A stretch of 64,000 bases of DNA from IMG/VR virus record IMGVR_UViG_3300036766_001793, positions 1-64,000 of that record, one strand, 5' to 3'. The number at the start of each line of letters is the position of its first letter. Position 1 is the first letter of the stretch. A program made the translations under genes and the position numbers. Source of the stretch: a virus. Of this stretch, positions 28,780-39,093 are shown piece after piece. A model generated the notes under the pieces. The model was not told the origin of the DNA, made no database searches, and saw only the letters and a list, made by a program, of their open reading frames with translations.

Positions 28780-30620
28780 ATGAACATAACAGTCAGTAAT
28801 ACACAGGGTCGGCTGGCTGAGGTCTCACAAAGGGAGGACGGCGTGTTTGCTTGGGCTCCCACCGGGTTCCCGGTGCCGCTCGACTCGTGCCAAGAGTACG
28901 GGCTGGCCGCGCTGTCATGCTACGACGAGGCCGCCCAGACGAGGGCCGTCCGCCGGGAGAACGGCGAGGTGATGCGCCGGCACCGCGAGCTGCATGGTTC
29001 CGTAGGGCGCTCACGCGAGGAGGCGGCCGAGGTCAGGGCGGCCTTCTGGCGGGTGGCCGCGGGTCGGGGGTTCACCGCATGAGCAGCACAGTCAACATCG
29101 CCGAGGCCATCCAGGAGGTCAGGGCGGTCCTCGCGACGGGCTCCACCCGGGCGCCCTGGAAAGAGGGCGGCCGACTCAAGCCGCAGCGACAAAGGGAACA
29201 GGAAGCCCGGTCGGGCGCCCCCGCACCTGCGATCCCGTTCTACATAGCGCCATCCGGAAAGATACACAAGGTCCTCTCCGGGGTCTGCTGCGCCCGGCCG
29301 GGCGCCGAGTCCCTGTGCCACAAGGAGATCGGCCCGGACTGGCTGCCGCTCTTCGAGCCGTGCGGCCCGCCGTGCCTGTGCAAGAGGTGCTTCAGTTGAC
29401 GGAGTCAAGGGGAGAGGACACATGACGGAGGATGATGCCACCGTCGCCGCGCTCCTCACCGGGATCACCTGCAGCGCCCTCACGGTGGCTGTCCTGTGGC
29501 TTCTCGGGGTGGTGGACCTGCTGCCGGCGGCGGAGTGGGGACTCAGGATATTCTAGCGCCGCCCCAGCTGTCGACCAGGGCTGAATTCAGTACAATGGAC
29601 ACAACAGACCAAGGAGAATGCCGCTGTGCGAAAACGCAAGATCACCATGGGCAGGGCCCTGGGGGCTGCAACGAGTGGCTAATGGAGCTCTTGGACGAGA
29701 GCTGCGACCCAGGGGCCATGGAAATCCGCCGGCACGTGGCATCCTGCAAGGGCGGCGTGCCGGCCCTGGCGCTACGGAGCACGCTCGACGCCTCTATTCG
29801 GCACCTTGAATCTCTCGTGCTCTCTGGCGCGCCGCACCGAAATGCCGCCGATCTTCGGCACGACCTCGGCGTCTACCGAGGGGCCCTCGGCCGCCCGGTG
29901 CGGGGAGGACGATGATGACGCTCTACGTTGATATCGAGGGCACCCTGCTCCACCCTGGCACCGGCCAGCCGTGGCCCCCTCGCCGATATTAGGACCGACT
30001 CCATCGTCCACCGCTGCGACGGGTGCGAGCACGAGCACGAGAGCCTCAGGGCGGTCGTCCTTCGAGCAGACTACGTGGGCCCTGTTGCCTCCTCCAATGA
30101 GAACACGGCCCAGTGAAAGGGGTACATGAGTGGCGACAATAAAGCTGGAGACCAGTGTGACGCTGGAGATGAGCCTGCAGGAGGCCTGCTTCCTGTACCG
30201 GCTCCTGCGGGAATCCAGGCCAGAGTGGGTGGGTAACGACCTCCTGTCGGGACTGTCCAGCGTCATCGACGAGGTGCGCCGGTGGACGACCTTGGAGGCC
30301 TTCCCGTGATCGCCGCCGCCTTCGCGGCCCTGGTGCTGGTCCACATCTGCCTCGTGGCCGCGGCGCTCCTCGGGCTGCTCGAGAGCTGGTGCCCGCTGCC
30401 GGCTGAGGGGCCTGCCCTGCACATCGCCGGAAGGCCCAACGGGCCCAGGCTCTCGCTGTGGCAGTCCACGCGGCGCCTTCTGGGCCTGCCCCACCGCGGC
30501 TACCCGCTCTGGTGCGGCTATTGCGGGACGGAGGTGCGCGGCCGCTGGCTCTGGGGGTACAGATTCGACTGCTCCCGCGGGAGGCCGTACTTCGGGGTCC
30601 GCGCTGGGCCGGGGGGTTAG
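28780..30620 (+). CDS. run of small hypothetical ORFs (28780-29082, 29079-29399, 29422-29556, about 29682-29915, about 29912-30116, about 30282-30620)
   Basis: adjacent ORFs after promoters 28738 and 29591; the run converges on the minus-strand block at 30617. Confidence 0.5.
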
Positions 30621-31147
30621 CGGGGCTGATCCTGGATGATTCTCTTCCTCCAGCCCATCTCGTGGCAGCACAGGTCGCCCTGGCCCCTTCTGCACGGGCA
30701 GGCAACCGTCCACTCGTCCCCATCGCATTGGTCACACCTGTGGTCTTGGCTTGTGGCTAGGAGGGCCAGTTCCGCTACAGCCAGGGCCGAGGCAGCCGCG
30801 AGGGCCGAAGCCGGCGTCGCCCCTTGCGCATCGAAGGGCTGGCCCTCGCGGGACCAGACAGTGCAGAAGAACCTGCCCTTGCCCAGGGTGCCGAGGCTCC
30901 AGTCGGATCCCCGGGAGTCCAGGAGCGGCACCACGTGGGCGCACAGCGCGTCCATGCTCATGGTGAACCTCTCCTCCTCCGGCCACGGGGCCCAGGAGTA
31001 GTCCCCTTCCCCCGGCCAGTCCGCCCTGTGGTGCATCACCGAGTCGAAGCGCTCCCCTGTGTCGAAATACGTCCCTTGGACGGTCCTGGTCTTCCATCCG
31101 AGGGCCTCTGCCAGGATCCTGTCTGCCGGGTCGAGGGCCTCACCCAC
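30617..31147 (-). CDS. phage ABA-sandwich-like protein with C-terminal Cys cluster
   Basis: ILAEALGW...FTMSMDA...VPLLDSRG...ATPASALAAASAL. Confidence 0.5.
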   Translation of the reverse strand: MGEALDPADRILAEALGWKTRTVQGTYFDTGERFDSVMHHRADWPGEGDYSWAPWPEEERFTMSMDALCAHVVPLLDSRGSDWSLGTLGKGRFFCTVWSREGQPFDAQGATPASALAAASALAVAELALLATSQDHRCDQCDGDEWTVACPCRRGQGDLCCHEMGWRKRIIQDQPR

Positions 31148-32862
31148 GGTGCAGCGCCTGCCGGAGCGCGTCTATGGCGTCCGGCTCCATCCAGCCGCCG
31201 ATCTCGAGCCCGTTCCTGAGGGCTATGGTGACCTTGGTCCTGGCCCTGTCGAGGGAGCTCTGCTCGACGTAGACCACCTCGCCGGGGTCGATCCACATGA
31301 GCCCGAACAGCGCCGGCCCGTCCTCGGCGACGTCTTGGAACACCTTTATCTCTACCATTCCCGTCCTACCCTCCAACTGGCTCCGGGGCGGCCCGGAAGA
31401 TCGCTTTGAACTCGTCGTTTGTCATCACCCTGATTCGCTCGCCGCCGCCGCCCTTTCTGGGCCAGACGACGACCCAGTCCCCGTGATCTACCCACTCGAT
31501 GTCCTTGTCTGTGCTGACGAAGAAGTCATTATGCCCGATGGACCGGTGAGTCCCCCACCCGAAGTAGGCGATTGCAGAGAGGTGCCCCTTGAGCCAGTCG
31601 TAGATCTTTCTGGTCGACTTGTGGTCGTCTAGGCCGCTTGCCCGGTCTTCGTTCTGCATCGCCTCCACCGCGACCGCCCTGGCGGCGTATCTCATTCGTG
31701 CGCCTCCCGGCCGAGGAGGCAATGCTTGCACCTGAAACTCGAGTGCCCCGGGCCCCTGGCCTCGAACTGGTGCATCGGCAGGTCGGGGTCCTCCGCCTCG
31801 CCGAAGTCCGCTGCAGTCAGTGTCCCCCAGTCCGTGGTCCTGTCAGCGTCATCGGCCCGCTCCCTCCGCCAAGCCTCCCACTCCCCCTGATCCCCGAAGG
31901 ATGTGAGCGGGTTAGGGCAGCCTGGCTGCGGGCACCACCGCCCGTTCCACTGCGACTCGCCGTGCCAGAGGGCCCTGCAATGCACGAACGCCTCGTTCTT
32001 CTGGGAGGACCCGTGCATGGAGATGACGTTGCTGATGACGTTCGAGAGGTGCGCCCACTCACGGTCTGAGTCGAGGGCCACGGACAGGCTCTCGAGGAGG
32101 GCGGCGTTCATCCGCCTCTGGTCGTCCGGGGTGAGGGTCATGAGCATCGGATCACCTCTGGGCCTTCTTGGCCGTCGCGTGGAGCTCCGCGACGGCCTGG
32201 GCCAGCCCGTCCAGCGCGTCGAGCGTGAGGACGGACGCCAGCAGCGCGAGGTGCGCCCCGGCCGAGAGCTGCCCCTCTATGTCGGCCAGGGCCGCCTTGA
32301 GGGCGTCTGAGCGGGCGCTCACCTCAGCGGCCTTCTACAGGTGCACGGGTCGCACGTCGGGCATACGTCGCGGCCGTGCTCGCACTCTATCCCGACGGCG
32401 CAGGTGGCTGCCCTCCTGAACTTGCAGCTGGGCCGGTGTGCGGCCCTTACGGCGCACGTCTCGCACCCCTGGCCGGCCAGGGTGAGGTGGCCGCATCCTT
32501 GGCACCCTTCCACCCGCAGCGTCGCTGGTGCGTCCGTGCTCATGGTCTTTACCTCGCCGGCCAGTTCGGCTTGGCCTCGGCGGCGCGGCTGGTCCAGCCT
32601 GTGTTCGTCACCCTTGGATTATACCGGCTGTGGGCTTCCCCTTGGAGGTCCTGCGTGGCGGCAGCTCGCCCCTGTCCTGGAGGCCTCGGACGAGCACGTG
32701 GTACTGGCGCCTGGTCAGGACCTGGCCGCCCACCGAGTACGCCGACGGCTGGCCGTTCCTGTAGCGCTCGACGACCTCGGCGGAGGGGAGGACCGGCCTC
32801 CGGCCCCGCCCGGCCCTGTGGCCCTCCAGCACCGCCCTGACCTCTGAGTCGATGTTAATCAT
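31140..32862 (-). CDS. run of small hypothetical ORFs (31140-31376, 31366-31695, 31692-32147, 32319-32543, 32608-32862)
   Basis: adjacent ORFs; TATGAT-GGAGG upstream of the first. Confidence 0.5.
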
Positions 32863-32891
32863 AGTGCCTCCATCATACCATGTGTGTGCGC

Positions 32892-35800
32892 CTAGGATAC
32901 ACAACCGGCGGGCACGAGGTTCTCCGGGCACACCGTGACCCCGTTCACCCTCACCTCGTAGTGGAGGTGAGGCCCGGTCGAGAACCCGGTGTTGTCCGAC
33001 ACCGCTATCTGCTGCCCGGCAGAGACGTGGTCCCCGACGGCCGGGAAGGCAGACGAGGTCGGCATGGACTGGTCAAGGTGGCCGTACCTCATGCTCGTCT
33101 GCCCGTCGTCGCAGTCGACGCTCATCATCACTCCGTAACCGCACGGCAGGAAGCCGAGGATGGTCCCGTCCCAGTCCCTGTAGGCACAGAGCGGGGGGTT
33201 CGGACCGTACCTCTGGTCCCAGTCGCGATAGGAGACGACACCGCCGCACGTGGCGTAGACGGCGGTGCCGCCCGGGACGCCGACGTCTATGGCCTGCAGG
33301 TTCTCGACCGCCTGGTGCCAGGCGCAACCCGCCGTCATCGTGAACCCGGCCTCGCACGGGCAGCCCGTCGACGCGGCCGGGGCGCCTCCCCCCGACCCGG
33401 GGGGTGGCCTCGCGCCGGGTGTGCCCCGCGGCGCCGGGATCTCCGCGGCGGGGGTGGTCGCCCCGAGGCACCACTCCTCCGCACTCTCCCACACCTCCGG
33501 TATCCGGCCGCCGGACTTCCGCGGGGCGTGGGAGTGGAGGGCCCCAGCGACGTCGACTATCTCCGTGATGGCCGGCCGGCTGATCGGTATTCCTGAGGGG
33601 GCGACCCCGGCGGTGTCCCTCATCCTGGCCGGGTCCGCCACGGGCAGGATCAGCGTGAACTTGGTCCTGAGGTCGCCGTCGGACTGGGACCGCCTGACCT
33701 CGATGAAGAGCGGCAGCTGCCCGTCGTCCCCGGGCAGCGGGGTGCCGGATAGCACTAGCTGCCCGTCCGGGAGGGGTGTCCCGTGCGGCTCAGAGAGGGG
33801 CCTGATCCCGTTCAGCTCCAGCCACCCGTCGGCGAGGCGCCTCGTTCCCCTCGCTCCCGCGCAGTCGGGGGTCGCGACCTCCGCCCACTGCGGGAAGTGC
33901 GAGTCACCGAGGTGGCCGGTCTTCCAGTTCTCGGTCGAGACGTAGATCCTCGGCGAGCCGCCTGGCGCCGGAAGGCCGGCAGGCGGCTCTTGGGAGGGCC
34001 CGGCTTCCGGGGACCCGCCGCCGTCGAGATCGTAGGGGAAGCCAGCCCGGAACGACCCCCAGCCGGTCTGGTAGTTCCCGCCTGGGAGCTCGCCCCACGG
34101 GTAGAACACCTCCTTCCCGTTCGGGTCCACCCCGCCGGCGTCCGAGGCCAGGAGCAGGTCGTAGGCCGCCTGGACCTGCTCGGGGATGGGCCTCGCGAGC
34201 CCGTCGCCGACGGTCAGCGGACGGTAGGGGGGGCAGGGGGCATAGGCGACGAACCCCCACGGGTAGGTGCACGCCTCCATCTGGAAGATGCCGGTGCCCG
34301 GGCCCCCGCCGGATTGCTGGACGTTCAGGCCGCCGGACTCGTGCTGGACGGTCCACAGCGCCTTGTTGACGAGGCCCGCCGGGAACACGGCTGCCACCGC
34401 CGCGCGGTGCTGCTCGACCTCCGGCGGGAAGGAGAGGGACGACCCTCCGCCGCCCGGCGCGGGGACCGTCCCGGGGGCTGACCCGAAGTGGGCGCCAGCG
34501 ACTATCGGGGGGAACGGGTCCGGGTCGTAGACGGGGACGACGGCGCCCTCGAGGGGGTTCAGCCCGTCGTACTCCCAGTATCCGGATGGGTCAGCCCCCT
34601 CTGGGCCATGGGCCGAGAGAGCGTCCAGGTCGTCGTAAACCACCAGACCGCTCCTGGGCGTCCAGTTCGTCCTCTGCTGGGGGAACGTCACGGTGACGGC
34701 CCCGTCGGTCACGGCGAGGTCCACGGTGGCCCCAGGGGACTGTCCGTTGCGCACGTCCACGACGAGCTCCGCCCTGCCTATCCCCCTTCCGCTCTCGTCC
34801 CACGGCCGGCACCATTGCCACGCGGCCGCCAGCGAGGTGGACCCGGCGGGGACCCTCGGGGCGGCGAAGGTCGCCGGACCAGAGTACCCGTTGACGAACG
34901 GCTCGAAGCACCCGTCAGCCGAGAGGAGCTCGCCCCACCCGGCGGTGGCCGGCGGGAGGACCGCGAAGGTCGGGCAATGCTGGCTCAGCCTCGGGACCCG
35001 CGGGCCGTGGCGGCTCCTCACATACTGTCCCTGGACGTGCTGGAACAGGGCCAGGGCCTTGCTCCTCGCCATGCGGCCCTTCCACGCCTCGTCGGTGATG
35101 TCTATCATCACGAAGTCCAGGTTCAGCCTGTTCCTCGCGTGGGCGACCGCTCTCGCGGCGAGCGACGGGGACTCGAACGCATCCCGCCCGAGCTCGAAGA
35201 GGCCTCCGATCACGAGCCCACCCGCCCTCAGCGTCTGCGCGCCGGCGAGCTGGGACCCGACCGCCTGGCCTGGGAGCTGGTCCGCAAGAAGCTGGGCCTG
35301 GTGGACCTGCCAGTCCTCGCCCTGCAGCGACGGGCTCCACCCGGGCGCCCGGGAGAACGAGCTGAGTTTGAGGACTACCCCGCGGAGCCCGTGGCCATTC
35401 ACCTGCTGGGAGAGTTGACCCAGGCTCGGCCTCGGAGCCCTCGAGACAACGTACTTTCCGGACGGGACCCGGTCGCAGAGGTTGACCTGGGCCCGCGGCT
35501 GACCGCCGGTCTGCTGGGTCGCGGCCGGCGCGTCGTACAGCACCGACCTCCCGCAGCCCCTCGGAGGGACTCCGAATGGCGGCGGCTGCGCCGGCGCGGC
35601 CTCGACGGAGAACTCCCTCTCTGCCGGGTTGCACGCCCCGTCGAAGACCCTGAGCCACCTCTGGCCGACGGACGGCTCGGCCACCCTCTCGGCGACCTGC
35701 TGCCCGGACGTCGCCGTGCCGCCCGCCAGAAGGGCCCCTCCGCCGTCGGAGGCGTCCCTCCACTCCCACCTGATCTCCCCGGGGTCGAGGGAGAGGTCGT

Positions 35801-38192
35801 CGGTCGCCGTGAAGGAGAGGTCGTACCCGGAGCCGTCAGAGTCACCGACGCCGACCTGGAACCAGTTGGGCGGCCACGAGTCGTCCCGCCTGACGAGGAC
35901 CTGGGCCTCGTTCGAGAAGGCCTGGCCGTCGCTGGCCCGGAGGTACAGGTGGTTGTCGCCGTCCGTGAGGCCAGGGGCGTTGTACGCCACCTGGAAGGAC
36001 CGCTGCGCGCCGGTCTGGGCCGAGCCGGAGGCGACCGACGTCCCTCCGCCCCCGGGGCCCGTCCTGAGGTCCCACTGGATCGAGGCCTGCTCCTGGTCCG
36101 CGGCGGTCAGCCTGAGGGTCCAGCTGGGGTTGCCGGGGCCCGTCCTGGAGCACGCCCCGTACCCGACCGGCCCGGCGGACAGAGTCGGCGGCGTATTCGG
36201 CTGCGGGATCTGGGCCTGGATGGCCAGCTCGTGCGGGTTGAGGGCCCCGTCCCAGAACCTGAGATAGGCGACCGCCGGCGGGGCCGGCACGAAGTCGCCC
36301 GCGAGGGCGGCCCCGGAGGTGGCCGTCCCGGAGGCGAGCAGGGCCCCGGCGCCGGCCGCCTGGGTCCTGAGCTCCCAGTGGAGCTCTCCGGGGGCGGTCG
36401 ACAGGTTGTCGTACAGGGTGGCGGAGAGCCGCCAGCCGGCCCCGCCAGGGGCGACGGCCCCGGAGGACGCCCCGGGGGCGGCGACCTGGTCGGCCAGGAC
36501 GGTGAACGGGAGGGCGTTGCTCTGCTGGAGGGTGCTCGGGTTGTACGCTATGAGGTACACCACCCTGTCCCCGTCCGGGAACGTGTAGGCGGTGGAGGGG
36601 TTCGTCCAGAGGACCGGGTACCTGTCGTCGGTGTCGGTCCCGAAGGTCCCGGGCTCGCCCCCGGGGCCGTAGCCGCCGTTCTGGACGAGCTGCCCGCTGG
36701 AGAGGCCTGCCCCGGTCCTGACCTGCCAGAGGAACTCCTGGGCGGGGGACGCGGCCAGGGTCGCCCGGAGCCTCGCCGCCATGGAGTTCGGGCCGATCCT
36801 GGTCGCCTGGAACGGGGCGGCCTCGGCGTACTCGACCCTCGGCTCCCCGCCGTAGGACAGGGTCACGAAGCCGGCCGTCGCCGGGTCCAGGTACACCTGG
36901 AACCTGGTCTCCTGCGGGTTGCCGGCCCCGTCGTACCACCTGATCCACCTGTCGGCGGGGACCCCGACCACGACCGACGGGTCGGACTGGACGGCGAAGC
37001 TCTCGGCCTGGCCGGCCGTCGCCCTCCCTGATGCCAGGGTGGCCCCGCTTCCATCTCCGCCGGTGCGGATCTCCCACCGCAGCTCGCCTGCGCCCGAGGA
37101 CAGGTCGTCCTGCAGGGCCGTGGTGAGCGACCAGGATCTGTCCGCCTGCACGCTCGGGTTGGCGAACCCGGAGGTCCCCCCGGCGGCCTGGTCGTCCCTC
37201 TTGAGGGCGAACGGGTAGTCCTGGGACACCAGGCCTGGGCCGGCGTTCGGGGAGTTGTCGACCGTGAAGTAGAGGGTCTGGTTCCCGTTCTGCAGCCCGG
37301 GGGCGTCCCTGGCTATCAGGACGGCCTGCCCCACGTCGCTGCCCAGGAAGGCCAGGCCCGCCACGAGCGTCCCGGACCTGCCCGGCCCGGTCCTGACCTG
37401 CCCGGCGAGGCTCCTCCCCGGGATGTTCGGATCGTCGGCTGTGAAGAAGAGGAACCACGGGGTGTTGAGCGGCCCGGTCCTCGTCCACGTGGGGCCGTAG
37501 TACGCCGCCGGCCCGCCGGTGACGGCCGGCGGCTGGGACGGCGGTGGGGCCGGCCCGAGGAGGACGATGGAGGTCGACTGCGCCTGGACGATGGGGGACC
37601 CTGAGCTGGCCGTCCTGTCAGGCGTGAACCCGCCCGAGGCGAGCTGCGCCCACGAGATGTCGCGCCCCATGCCGGCGATGGGGGCCGCGTCGTCGTCGTG
37701 GGAGATGATGCCCGAGGCCCTGGGGCCGACGATCGGCGGGAGGCCGGCCGCCCTCCTGGCCAGGTAGCTGTTGATGAGCGCGCACCCGGCGTAGGGGGTC
37801 GTGACCCCGGGTGAGGTCATGACGGTCCCAGAGGTCTGCCTGGCCCCGGCGACCTGCCCGACCTGCCCGACTCCGCCGCGGAAGGCGTGCGCCTCCAGGG
37901 TGCTCCACGAGACGGCCTGGGAGAACCCGCAGGAGAACGTCGGGCTGGACCCGAGGGCTGCCGTGGCCTCCATGTGCCAGATCTCCGACTTTTGCGAGGG
38001 GCCGTAGTCGCTGTCTATCCTGGAGAAGCCGGCGGGCGCGACGAAGTCGGCCGCGAGGGGGCTGGCCCACTGGACGAAGAGGACTATGTCGTCCCCGGGT
38101 TGGAGTCCGACCCCGCCCTGCCTGGAGAGGGCCGGCGCCGCGTTTGGGTAAGCCCCGGAGGGCGCCCACTTCGCGACGTAGCTCCAGCCCAC
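32892..38192 (-). CDS. 1766-aa virion protein: six Ig-like repeats, lysozyme/SLT-like domain and M23 peptidase
   Basis: repeats W(E/D/Q)xRT...G..LASG.A; KALWTVQHESGG...GIFQ; AID...YGHL...STGPHLHYEV. Confidence 0.85.
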   Translation of the reverse strand: MGWSYVAKWAPSGAYPNAAPALSRQGGVGLQPGDDIVLFVQWASPLAADFVAPAGFSRIDSDYGPSQKSEIWHMEATAALGSSPTFSCGFSQAVSWSTLEAHAFRGGVGQVGQVAGARQTSGTVMTSPGVTTPYAGCALINSYLARRAAGLPPIVGPRASGIISHDDDAAPIAGMGRDISWAQLASGGFTPDRTASSGSPIVQAQSTSIVLLGPAPPPSQPPAVTGGPAAYYGPTWTRTGPLNTPWFLFFTADDPNIPGRSLAGQVRTGPGRSGTLVAGLAFLGSDVGQAVLIARDAPGLQNGNQTLYFTVDNSPNAGPGLVSQDYPFALKRDDQAAGGTSGFANPSVQADRSWSLTTALQDDLSSGAGELRWEIRTGGDGSGATLASGRATAGQAESFAVQSDPSVVVGVPADRWIRWYDGAGNPQETRFQVYLDPATAGFVTLSYGGEPRVEYAEAAPFQATRIGPNSMAARLRATLAASPAQEFLWQVRTGAGLSSGQLVQNGGYGPGGEPGTFGTDTDDRYPVLWTNPSTAYTFPDGDRVVYLIAYNPSTLQQSNALPFTVLADQVAAPGASSGAVAPGGAGWRLSATLYDNLSTAPGELHWELRTQAAGAGALLASGTATSGAALAGDFVPAPPAVAYLRFWDGALNPHELAIQAQIPQPNTPPTLSAGPVGYGACSRTGPGNPSWTLRLTAADQEQASIQWDLRTGPGGGGTSVASGSAQTGAQRSFQVAYNAPGLTDGDNHLYLRASDGQAFSNEAQVLVRRDDSWPPNWFQVGVGDSDGSGYDLSFTATDDLSLDPGEIRWEWRDASDGGGALLAGGTATSGQQVAERVAEPSVGQRWLRVFDGACNPAEREFSVEAAPAQPPPFGVPPRGCGRSVLYDAPAATQQTGGQPRAQVNLCDRVPSGKYVVSRAPRPSLGQLSQQVNGHGLRGVVLKLSSFSRAPGWSPSLQGEDWQVHQAQLLADQLPGQAVGSQLAGAQTLRAGGLVIGGLFELGRDAFESPSLAARAVAHARNRLNLDFVMIDITDEAWKGRMARSKALALFQHVQGQYVRSRHGPRVPRLSQHCPTFAVLPPATAGWGELLSADGCFEPFVNGYSGPATFAAPRVPAGSTSLAAAWQWCRPWDESGRGIGRAELVVDVRNGQSPGATVDLAVTDGAVTVTFPQQRTNWTPRSGLVVYDDLDALSAHGPEGADPSGYWEYDGLNPLEGAVVPVYDPDPFPPIVAGAHFGSAPGTVPAPGGGGSSLSFPPEVEQHRAAVAAVFPAGLVNKALWTVQHESGGLNVQQSGGGPGTGIFQMEACTYPWGFVAYAPCPPYRPLTVGDGLARPIPEQVQAAYDLLLASDAGGVDPNGKEVFYPWGELPGGNYQTGWGSFRAGFPYDLDGGGSPEAGPSQEPPAGLPAPGGSPRIYVSTENWKTGHLGDSHFPQWAEVATPDCAGARGTRRLADGWLELNGIRPLSEPHGTPLPDGQLVLSGTPLPGDDGQLPLFIEVRRSQSDGDLRTKFTLILPVADPARMRDTAGVAPSGIPISRPAITEIVDVAGALHSHAPRKSGGRIPEVWESAEEWCLGATTPAAEIPAPRGTPGARPPPGSGGGAPAASTGCPCEAGFTMTAGCAWHQAVENLQAIDVGVPGGTAVYATCGGVVSYRDWDQRYGPNPPLCAYRDWDGTILGFLPCGYGVMMSVDCDDGQTSMRYGHLDQSMPTSSAFPAVGDHVSAGQQIAVSDNTGFSTGPHLHYEVRVNGVTVCPENLVPAGCVS

Positions 38193-38193
38193 C

Positions 38194-39089
38194 CTATCCC
38201 CCCGCCCCGATGTCCCTCAGGTGCTGCCTGGCGGGGGCGTCGTGGTCCGCGTCGGGGTCTACCAGGCAGAAGCCCTGGGCGGTCGGGCCGTACGGGTGGA
38301 CGCCGCCCTCGATGAGATCCCTGAGCGGCGCGAAGGCAGGCTCGGCCTCAGCCCTCGCGAGCAGCCTGGCGACCCTCCACTGGAGCCCCTGCGCCAGCGC
38401 CCAGGGAGGGCAGTCCGTCCCCGCCCTCGCGTCCCACTCCGGGTCTAGCTGCACCTTCCCGGCTGTCCTGGGGTGGGCCCACCAGACGCCTGAGAGCGGG
38501 ATCCCGGCCGCGACCGAGTGCCGGTCGACCAGCCTCTGGCACTCCCGGTCCGAGAGCTGCCTGCCCGACGGCGCCGGGGGCGCGACCATCCCGGCCGCCT
38601 CCCACACCTGGGCCGGCGCCCCCCACTCGGCCAGGCGCTCGGCCAGCCTGCGCTCGTCCAGGGCCCTGGCCTCGACGACCCTCGCCGGGGTCGCGACCCC
38701 GGACCGGTGCATCTGCGCGACCAGCGCGGCCCTGCTCAAGCGTCCGCCATCCCGGAGGACGGGGATGCAGGGTGCCCCGCCCGGGTCACCCTCCTCCACA
38801 GCTCCTCGATCTCGCGGCCCATGGTCGTCTCGGTCGCCACCTCGAACCTCAGGACCCCGTCGTACTCGAGCACCCTGGCGACCCAGCCCGGCCCCTCAGA
38901 CTGGAGCGTCCTGAACCGGCCGCCGACAGAGGACTCCGAGCAGAGGACCTCGCCCTCACCGGTGGCGCACCCGCAGCCTGCCGAGGCGCACAGGCACAGG
39001 CACTCGCACGCGTCCGCGAGGAGGGCCTTGATGTAGGCCTCCCTGGCCTCCCCGCGCTGGAGGTGCACGGTCCACCCGAATACCTTCAT
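38194..39089 (-). CDS. two hypothetical ORFs (38736-39089, 38194-38799)
   Basis: leaderless TAAAAT-6nt-ATG at 39089. Confidence 0.5.
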
Positions 39090-39093
39090 GGTC

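Larger units (their letters stand above)
24048..29596 (+). repeat. same cassette repeat, rightward arm (7 copies)
   Basis: -10 at 24048, 24770, 25609, 25959, 27574, 28738, 29591; mostly GATTCAG-TACAAT preceded by GCGCCCTCCCGGC. Confidence 0.85.

Noticed and set aside
3384-29600. Cassette repeat as a CRISPR, TIGR-like or attC array
   Set aside because: Copies are separated by whole genes of variable length and contain -10 and RBS elements. They lack attC-style RYYYAAC/GTTRRRY dyad symmetry, and no cas, Tas or intact integrase gene is in the window. The TGATGA seen on the plus strand is antisense to transcription.
34488-37031. Long plus-strand ORFs (also 42069-44480, 58953-61253, 1830-3233) and minus-strand 20695-22968
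   Set aside because: Antisense or off-frame shadows of real high-GC genes; R/P/G/A-rich with no motifs or RBS
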